A model generated the notes under the pieces. It did no database searches. It was not told the origin of the DNA and saw only the letters and a list, made by a program, of their open reading frames with translations. The position numbers were made by a program, and so were the translations under genes. From Macrostomum lignano (taxonomy: Eukaryota), in assembly GCA_002269645.1 (NCBI GenBank), contig NIVC01002258.1, forward strand, positions 62,001 through 126,000: 64,000 nucleotides of DNA. Direction: 5' to 3'. How positions within the stretch are numbered: the first letter of the stretch is position 1; the number at the start of each line of letters is the position of its first letter. Below, piece by piece: positions 47,254-59,108 of this stretch.

Positions 47254-48581
47254 CACAGACAGACAGACAGACACAGACAGACCCACCTGGTGTGCAGCAT
47301 CGGCACCAGGTTTTCCCTCAGATTCTCCATCAGCGAGGCCACAGCGCTCGCATCGGCGTTCCCCTGGCAGCCGGAAGCTCCTGCTGGCACAGCCTCCTCC
47401 AGGTACTCGAGCAGCAGATGCTGCACAAGCGAATGCCTAATGAGATCTTTCTGAGTGAGCGCCAGCAGGTGCTGCTGCAGGTGCTGCATGACCAGGCCGG
47501 GTCGTTTCGTAGCCAGCGCATCCTTGAGCCGCACAATGCTGGTGGATTTGAACAGCGCCAGCTCGGGCCCGAAGAACTCCTGCAGGATGGCGGCCCGCTG
47601 TGCGGCATTGGCGAACTCATTGTAGGCGGTCTCAACCAACTCGGAGGCGAACCGGTGCTTCAACAGCTCCGGAGTTCGGCCCTCGATAGCTCTGAATACG
47701 TAGGCGCGCTGTTCCTTAGCGCCGTATTTGAGCAGTTTTTGAGCAACAAATCGGCCATACTTGGACTTGGCCAAGGCGACCAGTTGATCTTTGAGCTCTT
47801 CGAAGATTAGCCAGCGTTGCTGATCGCTGCCGCGTTTGAGCACGGCTTCGAGCACGCGGCCTGTGTCGTGCGCGGCGGCCAGCTCGGCCAGTTTGCCTCG
47901 GCCGATTTTGAGCACAGATTCGCACAGCTCGGCCACTCGGTTGGCCGGGGTGGCCTCAATTCTCAACTCCTCCCAGGCCGTGAGCAGCTCAGACACCAAG
48001 TCGGCGTTTTTCTTCTGCTTTTTCTTTAAAGCGCGTCGTTCTTTCTTTGTTGGAGGCTGCTTTTCTTGTTGCTGCTTTTGCTGTTGTTGCTGCTTATTAG
48101 GCTTCTTTAACTTTTTCTTGTCGGACTCGTTCAGGTCCTCGAAGATGGTGGAGTCGTTCAGATTCGAGTTCTCAAACTCGTCATCCTCGGCAGCCTCGTC
48201 GCCGTTCTCAGCGTCGTCGTCATCGCCGTCCTCCGAGCCGGACGAAGATGCCGCAGCTCGGGGTCGCTTGCGCTTCCGATCGCCAGCGATAGCAACGGCG
48301 CCTCGCTTCTTAATAGTGCTGGCCAGGTTGGCAAGGCTGCGGCCCATGCGGGGCATCTGCCTGCCGCCAGCCTTCTTATCCACTGCCGCCGAGTTTTTAT
48401 TATCCATTTGCAGCTCCGCCGTAGCCGCAGACGGTTCCGACAGTTTCCGCTTTCTGCCGCCGGGTCGAACGGCGGCAGCAGCGGCGGCGCCTTCGTTAGC
48501 ACCAGAGCCGCCGAATCCAGCGGCCGACTTCAAATCCGACACTGTCTTACGAAATGCCGACGGTTTTCTGCCTAGCGGCAT
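44287..48581 (-). CDS. PUM3: Pumilio homolog 3 / Puf-A / Puf6 (nucleolar PUF-repeat protein)
   Basis: Exons 48581-47287, 46861-46353, 45870-45603, 44545-44287. Basic/acidic N-terminus, then [72 protein letters not shown]. Confidence 0.93.
44600..45560. repeat. 28-mer (GGAGAAATATGGGGAGAATGGGAAGCCG)n
   Basis: Last PUM3 intron. Confidence 0.96.
45945..46325. repeat. 29-mer (GCAGTTTGGTCATTGGGACAGAGGGTCAT)n then 18-mer (GGTAATGATAGGGTCATG)n
   Basis: PUM3 intron 2. Confidence 0.93.
46945..47282. repeat. (ACAG)n microsatellite
   Basis: PUM3 intron 1. Confidence 0.96.
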
Positions 48582-48849
48582 TCTATGAAACAATTTGTTA
48601 GATTCTTTTAGAAACAAAAATCAATTGATTTTTACTAGCTACTACTGCAAGTAGGCGCCGCTTAGTTCACGGATCATGCAGGAAGCATAGAAAAAGAACT
48701 TTAAATAATGGCCTAAAAATTTCGATGCCTAAATGAAGGCCTAGTAACGAAGTCAATGGGCATCCGTCTGAAGAATCTGGATTAAATTTTGGTCCTAAGA
48801 CAATTGACTGCCGAACCTAACTCAAAATACTAATTTCTAAATCTTAACG

Positions 48850-49290
48850 TGAACCCTAACTCCTAAACCCTAACCTACACCCTAATTCCTAAACCCTAAC
48901 CTAAATCCTAATTCCTAAACCCTAACCTAAATCCTAATTCCTAAACCCTAACCTAAATCCTAATTCCTAAACCCTAACCTAAATCCTAATTCCTAAACCC
49001 TAACCTAAATCCTAATTCCTAAACCCTAACCTAAATCCTAATTCCTAAACCCTAACCTAAATCCTAATTCCTAAACCCTAAGCCCTTAACCCCAATTCCT
49101 AAACCATAATCTAAATTCCAATTCCTAAACTCTAATTCATAAACTCTAACCGAACCTTTTACCTAATATAAAATCTAATCGTAAGCTAACCTAATCCATA
49201 TAACCTAAAAACCTACTCCTAACCTAAACCTGACCTCTAAACCTAACCCAGGCCTAACTGGAACCCTTTTCTAAACCCTAACCCTAACTC
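48850..49290. repeat. Telomere-like 26-mer (CCTAAACCCTAACCTAAATCCTAATT)n with degenerate flanks
   Basis: About eight near-perfect copies, each containing CCCTAA. Confidence 0.9.
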
Positions 49291-49668
49291 TAACCCAAAT
49301 AGTCGGCAGTCAATTTGTGGCAGGATGTCATGGCAACCCAGTAGTAAAAACAACATTCGCTTTATTCGCTTGTTAACAAATTTTTCAGACAAGCTGGACT
49401 TGGACGACTCAGATTCCGAGGATGAAGAGACGCCAGTTGGATACGGGAAAACTGCTCGTGCTACTACTGGATAAACTCGACAATTTATTGACTGAACAGT
49501 GCAGTGAAGATAATCAAATGATTGCACAGATACTAAAAAACTACTTTTTGTCATCGCAATTTAAGTTGTGGTTGTGAGAAAGCAGAGCGAATAATGTTTT
49601 ACGGTAGATTGTCTACGCAGCATCGAAAGGACGAAACCCAGAATATGGGGACAGGCTCATTCTAGCTT

Positions 49669-50050
49669 AGCCAATGAGAGAGCAGTAAGGAGAGAGATCA
49701 AAGTTAGACGGACGAAACAACTTTGACCTCTCTCAAGGCAAATAGCCTTGGGGGGCAGGCCCAATGTGGCTCAGCCAATGAGAGAGCAGTAAGGAGAGAG
49801 GTCAAAGTTAGACGGACGAAACAGCCTTGGGGGGAGGCAGGTCCAATGTGGCTCAGCCAATGAGAGAGCAGTAAGGAGTGAGATCAAAGTTAGACGGAAG
49901 AAATAACTTTGACCTCTCTCAAGGCAAACAGCCTTGGGGGGGGGGAGGCCCAAAGTGGCTCAGCCAATGAGAGCAGTAAGGAGAGAGGTCAAAGTTAGAC
50001 GGACGAAAGTCAGTTAGGGGGCAGGCCTAGTCTAGCTCAGCCAATGAGAG
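49669..50050. repeat. ~80-105 bp tandem unit carrying AGCCAATGAG boxes
   Basis: AGCCAATGAG at ~49669, 49773, 49855, 49962, 50039; internal inverted repeat GAGAGA..TCAAAGTT / AACTTTGA..TCTCTC. Confidence 0.85.
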
Positions 50051-51034
50051 GAGAGCTTATTCAGACACAAGCGGGCAAGAGGAAAGCTTAGTTATCCGCC
50101 TGTCTGGGAAAAACCTTGAATATCTTGAAAACATTTATAAGACAAAAGCGCTAATTTTGCTACTGAAAAGATTAGAAGAGTGCAGTTTTTTTGCGAGTGG
50201 CATATCTACTAGTTATTTCTAGTATCTGTATTCCTAACTACTGCATACCTATACTTAACTACATGAACTAACCTTGTAGAAAAGAACTGAATATAAAAAA
50301 TCAGAACGCGAAATACCCTGAAATTGCATAATCAAAATGTCTATGTTACGTAATTTATTATAGCGGCATATAATTATGAATCAGAGTAATCCTGCTATAT
50401 AAAACACCTGTATTGGTTTACTAACTACGCTCGTATATTTTAAGTACACTATTTATTATACGCGACAATTTTTTAAAATTAAATATCCTTGATTTTTTGC
50501 CTATAAATAAAAATAAATTTAGAATACCTAACACCATGATAATGGTATATACTACGAGTATTTAACAAAATAAAGCTTTCTGATGTGTAGTATTTACAAT
50601 GCAAACAAGTAGGGAACTTCTTTTTCTGTAATAATCTTGCTCAACTTACAGTCTCGTGTAACTGATGTAAACTTATCTAGGAGAAAAAGAGCGATACAGA
50701 AAAATAGGAAAACAGCGAGTTAATACCAAAAACAAGGAATGAACACGCAGGTCAAGGAAGACACGAAATCCAAATTCAAGCCATGCTGTTGATTCTTAGT
50801 AAACCGTAGATAAATAAAAGCATTAAAATCAATTCCAAACAAGACTAGACAGTGTCAAGAATTGCTGTTGTTTTTTTTAACAAAAGAAAAACAAATAGAA
50901 CTCAACAATTGACAAAACATTAATATCGCTGAATAATTTATACTGAAGTGCTAAAGCTATGAAAGAGAGATAAGAATTCATACCTACGAATACCATAATT
51001 CATGCTTAATAAATAATTGTTTCATTCAATTCTC

Positions 51035-54000
51035 TCAGATGTTGAGATTTTCATACATCAGCGGCGGGTTCCGCGGAGGGTGCAGCGGCGGGGTCGGCGG
51101 CGGGGTCGGCGGCGGGTGCAGCGGCGGGGTCGGCGGCGGGGTCAGCGGAGGGTGCAGCGGCGGGGTCGGCGGCGGGGTCAGCGGCGGGGTCAGCGGAGGG
51201 TGCAGCGGCGGGGTCGGCGGCGGGGTCAGCGGAGGGTGCAGCGGCGGGGTCGGCGGCGGGGTCAGCGGAGGGTGCAGCAGCGGGGTCGGCGGCGGGGTCA
51301 GCGGAGGGTGCAGCAGCGGGGTCGGCGGCGGGGTCGGCGGCGGGGTCAGCGGAGGGTGCAGTGGCGGGGTCGGCGGCGGGTCAGCGGAGGGTGCAGCGGC
51401 GGAATCGGCGGCGGAGGATGCAGTGGCGAGATCGGTAGAGGGTGCAGCGGCGAGGTCGGCGGAGGGTGCAGCAGCGGGTTCGGCGGAGGGTGCAGCGGCG
51501 AGGTAGGAGGAGGGTGCAGCGGCAGGGTCGGAGGAAGGTGCAGCGGCAGGGTCGGCGGCGGAGGGTGCAGCGGCGAGGTCGGCAGCTCTGACAGGCGCAA
51601 CCGGTACAACACCAAGTGGGCGGTAGACCTCAGTGAGCATGAGCAGCACGGTGTCCTCGGAGGCCCAATAGCAGGCGTGGCTAGTCAAAGCGAACAGATA
51701 ATCGTTGAAAGCCTCAATTGGCGCCTCCTGCAGCACATAGTCCAACCGACGGCCGCCATTTAAAGCACTGTCACAAGAATCCTCAACTGAACTATCTAAA
51801 GAAGAATCCACAGACGCTGCTGAGCTGTCTTCGCTAGGGTCATCCTCTTCGGTAGATTGCTGCCGCTGTCGCTGCTGCTGACTATGCGCAGCGGCAAAGC
51901 TCTGCAAACCGGACCAGGTGGCTCGCAGGCCGCTCACTAGCCGATGCCGCAGCCCGGTGCCAACACGGGTCAGGCTGTCGCGCAATTGAAGATGCATCCG
52001 CTTGCGGCCTTTGTGATGGGGAATCTGCGGGAATAAGTGCCCGATATTCGTCCGATTTTGTATCGTTAATAAGCGGAGTGTACAGTTACTGTTACTGTAG
52101 GCTCCCCTCCTATGTCACTCCCCATTTCTCCTATCTCACTCTCCGTCTCTCCAATCTTACTCACGTCTACCCAATCTCGGTTTCCGTCTCTCCAATCTCA
52201 CGCCCGTCCCTCCAATCTTACTCTCCGTCTTTCCAATCTCACTCCTGTCTCACCTATCTCACTCCAAATCTACTATCTCACTGTCCGTTTTTTCAATCTC
52301 ACTCTCCGTCTCTCCATCTCACTCCCGTCTCTCCAATCTCACTCTCCGTCTCTCTGATCTCACTCCCGTCTCTCCAATCTCACTCTCCGTCTCTCTGATC
52401 TCACTCCCGTCTCTCCAATCTCACTCTCCGTCTCTCCAATCTCACTTTCCGTCTCTCCAATTTCACTCCTGTCTTACCTATCTCACTTACTCTTCTTCAC
52501 AACTCTTTAATCTCACTCTCCGTCTCTCCGATTTCACTCCTGTCTCACCTATTTCACTCCAAATCTACTATCTCACTGTCCGTTTCTTCAATCTCACTCT
52601 CCGTCTCTCCAATCTCACTCTGCATCTCTTAAATCTCACTCCCGTCTCTCCGATCTCACTCTCCGCCTCTCCAATCTCACTTTCCGTCTCTCCAATCTCA
52701 CTCTCCGTCTCTTATATCTCACTCCCGACTCTCCGATCTCACTCCCGTCTCTCTCTTTAATCTCACTCTCCTTCTCTCCAATCTCACTCTCCGTCTCTCC
52801 AATCTCACTTTCCGTCTCTCCAAATCTACTATCTCACTGTCCGTTTCTTCAATCTCACTCTCCGTCTCTCTAATCTCACTCTCCGTCTTTCCAATCTCAC
52901 TTTCAGTCTCTCCAATCTCACTTTCAGTCTCTCCAATCTCACTCTGCATCTCTTAAATCTCACTCCCGACTCTCCGATCTCACTCTCCGTCTCTCCGATC
53001 TCACTCTCAGTCTCTCCGATCTCACTCCCGTCTCTCCGATCTCACTCAGGTCTCTCCTATCTCGCCTCTCCCTTCCCTCGCTCCCGCCCAATTCATAAGC
53101 AATAACTTGGGAAAAATCCTACCAAAAATGGCTCAGCAGGATATCTGGACAGCAGCGGCTCCAACCGATAGGCGATGGGATCAAACGGATGAAAGATGTT
53201 GAACAAAGCCGGACGACACGAACCGCTGCCACACTCGGGAAGCTGGTATTCGGCGGGCAAAGCTGACACGCCTCTAGACGTGAGAAACAGGGCGATGGGA
53301 GAGCCCAGACAGAACAGAGAAGCCGGTGAGAACTCCAGCTGGGGATACGAGACACAGGGAAATCCGCGACCTTCACTGTGTTGACTTTCCGTATTCTCGC
53401 CAATGCCCGCTACCTGACCAATGACATAGGTTAATTGTTTTACTGGCTTCGAAGCCGGAGGCGGAGTCGGCTCTCGTTGCTGTTCGCCTGGAATCTGGAC
53501 TTTGGCCTTTGACTTGGTTGCCGACGATTTTGAAATTGCAGTCAGCAGCTTCTTGCGGGGCCCGAGGGGGATGCCGAGTTCCTGAATTATTTGGGTAAGT
53601 AGGGCACAGGTAACAGCAACCAGTAAACTGATTACACAGGTAACAGCAACCAGTAAACTGATTACACAGGTAACAGCAACCAGTAAACGGATTACACAGG
53701 TAACAGCAACCAGTAAACGGATTACACAGGTAACAGCAACCAGTAAACGGATTACACAGGTAACAGCAACCAGTAAACGGATTACACAGGTAACAGCAAC
53801 CAGTAAACGGATTACACAGGTAACAGCAACCAGTAAACGGATTACACAGGTAACAGCAACCAGTAAACTGATTACACAGGTAACAGCAACCAGTAAACGG
53901 ATTACACAGGTAACAGCAACCAGTAAACTGATTACACAGGTAACAGCAACCAGTAAACGGATTACACAGGTAACAGCAACCAGTAAACGGATTACACAGG

Positions 54001-57000
54001 TAACAGCAACCAGTAAACTGATTACACATGTAACAGCAACCAGTAAACTGATTACACATGTAACAGCAACCAGTAAACTGATTACACAGGTAACAGCAAC
54101 CAGTAAACTGATTACACATGTAACAGCAACCAGTAAACTGATTACACAGGTAACAGCACCCAGTAAACTGATTACACAGGTAACAGCAACCAGTAAACTG
54201 ATTACACAGGTAACAGCAACCAGTAAACTGATTACACAGGTAACAGCACCCAGTAAACTGATTACGCAGGTAACAGCAATCAGTAACCTGATTACACAGA
54301 TAACAGCAACCAGTAAAATGATTGAAGGTAAAAGCACCTATCAAAATGATTACACAAGGTAAAAGCACCTATCAAAATGATTACACAAGGTAAAAGCACC
54401 TATCAAAATGATTACACAAGGTAAAAGCACCTATCAAAATGATTACACAAGGTAAAAGCACCTATCAAAATGATTACACAAGGTAAAAGCACCTATCAAA
54501 ATGATTACACAAGGTAAAAGCACCTATCAAAATGATTACACAAGGTAAAAGCACCTATCAAAATGATTACACAAGGTAAAAGCACCTATCAAAATGATTA
54601 CACAAGGTAAAAGCACCTATCAAAATGATTACACAAGGTAAAAGCACCTATCAAAATGATTACACAAGGTAAAAGCACCTATCAAAATGATTACACAAGG
54701 TAAAAGCACCTATCAAAATGATTACACAAGGTAAAAGCACCTATCAAAATGATTACACAAGGTAAAAGCACCCAGTAACATGTAGAACAAAAACAACAAA
54801 GCAGGCAGTCCCCCAGTGTAAAAAAATAAGCAAGCAACAACATACCTTGAGTTCGGCATCTGTCAGACTAGTGAGCACATCAACACTGTCAACTCCAGCA
54901 GTTTTTAGTTTCTCTCTAACAGTAGCGGATTCGCCTAGACCACACTGCTTCAAGAACGAGTCAATCTCAGCATCTGTATTGGTGCCGCTGTCTGCTTTGA
55001 AATCGGACAGCAAAGAAGCCGCTGCTGCCGCGCTACCAGCCGGCGCAGCAAGACCCTGATGAGTCAGGATGTCGAAAGCGATCACCGAGCCAAGCGAGTG
55101 GCCAACCAACGAGAAGCTGCCTTTGTAGTCGGGATTTCTGGTTAGAAACAGTCGGCGCAGACGGTTCATCTGGGAAGAATTGAGGAGTGGGGATTAGAGT
55201 GGGGATCAGAGGGATTTCGAAGTCGGTCAATGTATAAGAGCAGATGTCGAAGTCGGTCAATGGGGGTCAGAGAGATGTCGAAGTCGGTCAATGGGGATCA
55301 CACAAGGGATGTCGAAGTCAGTCAATGGGGATCACACAAGGGATGTCGAAGTCAGTCAATGGGGATCACACAAGAGATGTCGAAGTCGGTCAATGGGGAT
55401 CACACAAGGCAGGGATGTCGAAGTCGGTTAATGGGGATCACACAAGGGATGTCGATGTTGCTCAATGGGGATCACACAAAGGATTCTGAAGTCGGTCAAT
55501 GGGGATCACACAAGGGATGTCGAAGTCGGTCAATGGGGATCACATAAGGGATGTCGAAGTCGGTCAATGGGGATCAGCAAGGGATGCCGTTATGAGTCAA
55601 TAGAGATCAGGAGATATCGACGACTCAACATCATTTAATGAGGGTCTTAAATAAAGACCTGTCTATGCAAATGAGGAACTTTAGATAATAGCGCACCTCT
55701 TTCCCAACAGTGTCCACAATAGTTTGCATGTACCTCGGACTGCTGTAGAACAGCACATCCGTGAGGGTGTCATTAGCAAACCGACGCAATTTCGGTATAG
55801 ACTGCAGACTGATCCGCTGCAGCTGAGCATCCAGCCCCGTAGTGTGATTGCTGTGCAAAGCCGAATGCCAGTGCACTGGCAGAAACTCAACCCGGCCAAA
55901 CTGATTAGCGAAATGCGAGCGCATTAATTCACCAGAAACGAAGCGCATTCGGTCAACACACTGGACCAGATTGTGCCCGAGTAGGTCGTACACAGAGCCG
56001 ATACCGTGCACTACGAATAGCACGTGATCTACCGGGTTCCGGGACTCCGAATCCGGAGGCAGAGTGCCAGGGAACTGGCCCATGCCTCTGCGGAAGTTTT
56101 CAGGTAATATTGGGAACGAATTTATTGCGTAATTACCCAACCTGTCGTTCTGGGTGTCCAATGTCATTCTGAGTGTGTAACCTGTCATTCTGAGTGTGTA
56201 ACCTGTCATTCTGAGTGTGTAACCTGTCATTCTGAGAGTCCAACCTGTCATTCTGAGTGTGTAACCTGTCATTCTGAGTGTGTAACCTGTCATTCTGAGT
56301 GTGTAACCTGTCATTCTGAGTGTGTAACCTGTCATTCTGAGAGTGTAACCTGTCATTCTGAGTGTGTAACCTGTCATTCTGAGAGTCCAACCTGTCATTC
56401 TGAGTGTGTAACCTGTCATTCTGAGTGTCCAACCTGACATTCTGAGTGTGTAACCTGACATTCTGAGTGTGTAACCTGTCATTCTGAGTGTGTAACCTGA
56501 CATTCTGAGTGTGTAACCTGTCATTCTGAGTGTCCAACCTGTCATTCTGAGTGTCCAACCTGTCATTCTGACTCCTGAGCGTCTAACCTGTGCTGTAATC
56601 TTGTCTCCGCATCCACGAATTTGTCTGCCTGTTTTTTCAGTGTCTTTAAATCTGTCTGTCTCCCCGAGCGTCCTGCCAGCCTGTCTGCACGAACCTGTAC
56701 ACCACCCGGGGCAATCCGCCGCCAGAAGCGACGCCGCTAGCACCAGCCGATCCGTGCTCGCTGTCATCACTAAACTGCATCAGAGCGTTCGGACTGTGGA
56801 ACACAAACTTTGTACCGTCAGTTTCGACGCCATCTAAACGGAAATATTTACGCCAGGCGTTCTTTAACACAGCGTCTCGATAGTGCGTCTCCAGGCTGTC
56901 GCTACTGGCCTCATCGAACGGGATAAATGTTGTATCAGCATCCTCGCCATCGGGCCGGTAAAACCAGGTGCACCGACGGATCTGCATTAGCGAACTTTCA

Positions 57001-57684
57001 GCATTGCCTACCGAAGATGCGATTTGGCCGCTGTTGGCTTCTTCGTCGCCCCAGTAGACTGGGCGCATGTACCGGCCGGACAAATTGGCGTCGAATCTGA
57101 TTGACATAAAAATAAGTAAAAAATGCGCGTTGCACTACTTTTAGTAAAATTACTTAAAGTAAATTTACTTTGGTAAATTACTGATGAACGAATTTTTTAT
57201 TTTTTCTCCAAATACTTCTCTGATTGCATTAGTACCTAAGTCAATATCCCGCATAAAAGTGAGACGGAAACCTTTTTTGGTGATAGTGACCGTCAGTTAA
57301 TAATGTGACTGTCAAATAAATGGTCACTCGTGCGACCATAAAAAGATGAGCAAACCACCATTGTGACCCTTGTGTGTTAGGTTGATTTAAGAAATGCAAG
57401 AACTTGACAGTCACATTGGAGGGTCACAAATCGATCAGTGTCAAAATGTGACCGTCTCAATATTTTGCGGGCATGATTTACCAAGTAAGTTTTACTAACC
57501 TGCCTCCATTCACGGCAACAATATTAGCTGTCTGAGCAGTTGCCGTCTCCTCAAGCTGACAGGAGTCGTACAGAGAGAATGGCAGCCAAACACGCAGGCT
57601 GGCATCGACGCGATGCTGGTGAAACCAGTGGGGCTCAACTGGCTGGTACAATGACTGGCTAGGCGACATAGGGTTAGATGCCAT
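51035..57684 (-). CDS. SEC23IP/DDHD2: SEC23IP/DDHD2-type intracellular phospholipase A1 (WWE-like, lipase, SAM, DDHD domains)
   Basis: Exons 57684-57500, 57096-56695, 56087-55697, 55169-54846, 53581-53123, 52024-51035. Motifs VEPHWF, W-x-PFS-x-YDS, [39 protein letters not shown], lipase [67 protein letters not shown]. Confidence 0.94.
52105..53070. repeat. 21-mer (CTCCAATCTCACTCTCCGTCT)n
   Basis: Last DDHD intron. Confidence 0.93.
53608..54770. repeat. 30-mer (GTAACAGCAACCAGTAAACTGATTACACAG)n switching to a related 31-mer (GATTACACAAGGTAAAAGCACCTATCAAAAT)n
   Basis: Intron splitting the SAM domain; the switch is at ~54310. Confidence 0.97.
55215..55590. repeat. ~34-mer (GATGTCGAAGTCGGTCAATGGGGATCACACAAGG)n
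   Basis: DDHD intron. Confidence 0.92.
56135..56575. repeat. 21-mer (AACCTGTCATTCTGAGTGTGT)n
   Basis: DDHD intron 2. Confidence 0.95.
57248..57471. mobile_element. MITE-like foldback element in DDHD intron 1
   Basis: Imperfect ~20-bp terminal inverted repeats CCCGCATAAAAGTGAGACGG / CCGTCTCAATATTTTGCGGG; perfect internal 14-bp inverted pair at 57302-57315 / 57404-57417. No TSD recognised. Confidence 0.55.
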
Positions 57685-58811
57685 CTTTTTAACTCTTTAT
57701 TGTTAATCAGACAACGCCCGCAAGCTAAGGCATAGCTTCTTGACTGGTCTGAAGTAACCAATGCATAGGATTTCAAATGAAAATGAATTACAATTAGTTT
57801 AGTGTCATGATTATTAGATCATACTTAAAATTGACTAAAATGCCCTATGAACAATACAAACAATACAATACATATTCGATACAAATCTGTTCATCAATCA
57901 AATTAATAGAAGCATAGAACTTTATCAACCTAGGCAATCCAACTGGTATAAATTGTTGTAGACTAAAGGATAATTGACATTTTTTATATATTTTTTATGA
58001 ATACTATACTATTAAAATGAAGAAAATATTAAACGCAATAGTTCTAAGTATTGCTTATAGGTTATCAATAGTCCCATTTATTATTTATTTCTTATTTATA
58101 ATCTTATTTCTATAGCAATAGGCACTTAGACTATGCATATTATGAAAATTTTGCTTAAAGTTGAATTAAGCATTCAAAAACCTTACAAATAGCTATATCA
58201 GCCAACAATATAAAAAATTAACTCATTTTAACTTGTTTTCTAAATTCACCAAGTCAAGCTTCTACTTAAAAAGATTGAGTTAATACTTTTGCCTTAGTTA
58301 TTTAGGAATGTTAAAAGACCTTTTAGACAATGGGAGAACTTTCTGCCATTTAAAATGACTTTAAAAAAAACTGACTTAAGGCAAAGTTATCTACCAGAGG
58401 GTAAGAATATCTAGATTCAAAATCTAAAAACTTGCCTTAAGATAGAAAATCTATCAGAGTATAAGCTATGACCCTCTGATTATAAAAACCAGACTTAGAT
58501 AATAAATGAAATAGGATTTAATAATGCCATAATACTATTTAGGGAAACAATATAAAGTATACCACAAACTCTATATGGTATGCTGTTAGTAGGCCTACTT
58601 AGTAGTATTATAATATTAAAAGTACATTAAAAGATAACATTAAGACAGGATAAGTAAAGAGTAGGGAATAAATCCTTAGGGCAACTTTGAAGGTTTCTAG
58701 AGATTATAATAAAATAATTGTAAGACAAGAAAATAAACTTTACTATAATAGTGATCATAGTAGTTGGATATTTTATTAGTATATATATATATATATAGTA
58801 CTATATATACT

Positions 58812-59108
58812 CATACATGCGCAACCTCCAAAATTCGGTCGGCCATGCGACTTAGTTTTAACAAAAATGCGACGTAGTTTTTGGCCAAAAATGCGACTTA
58901 CATGTAATAAAAACTGTAAAGCAAAATTAACGCAACTTTGGGTAAACGGCAGGAGTAACTATAACTGTCTTATTAGGGCAAAATGGCTCGTCAGCTACTT
59001 AGTAATACTACTTAGGTTTTTTTGGGTGGGTATTTTTGCGACTTCCTTGATTGGCTGCCAAATCGGTCGGCCGGATCGGCCGACTCGGCCGACTGTTGCG
59101 CATGTATG
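58812..59108. mobile_element. ~297-bp MITE with 14-bp TIRs embedded in a (TA)n tract
   Basis: CATACATGCGCAAC (58812-58825) and GTTGCGCATGTATG (59095-59108); TA-repeat flanks on both sides; subterminal TCGGTCGGCC/TCGGCCGA and ATGCGAC repeats; CpG-rich within a CpG-poor background. Confidence 0.75.
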
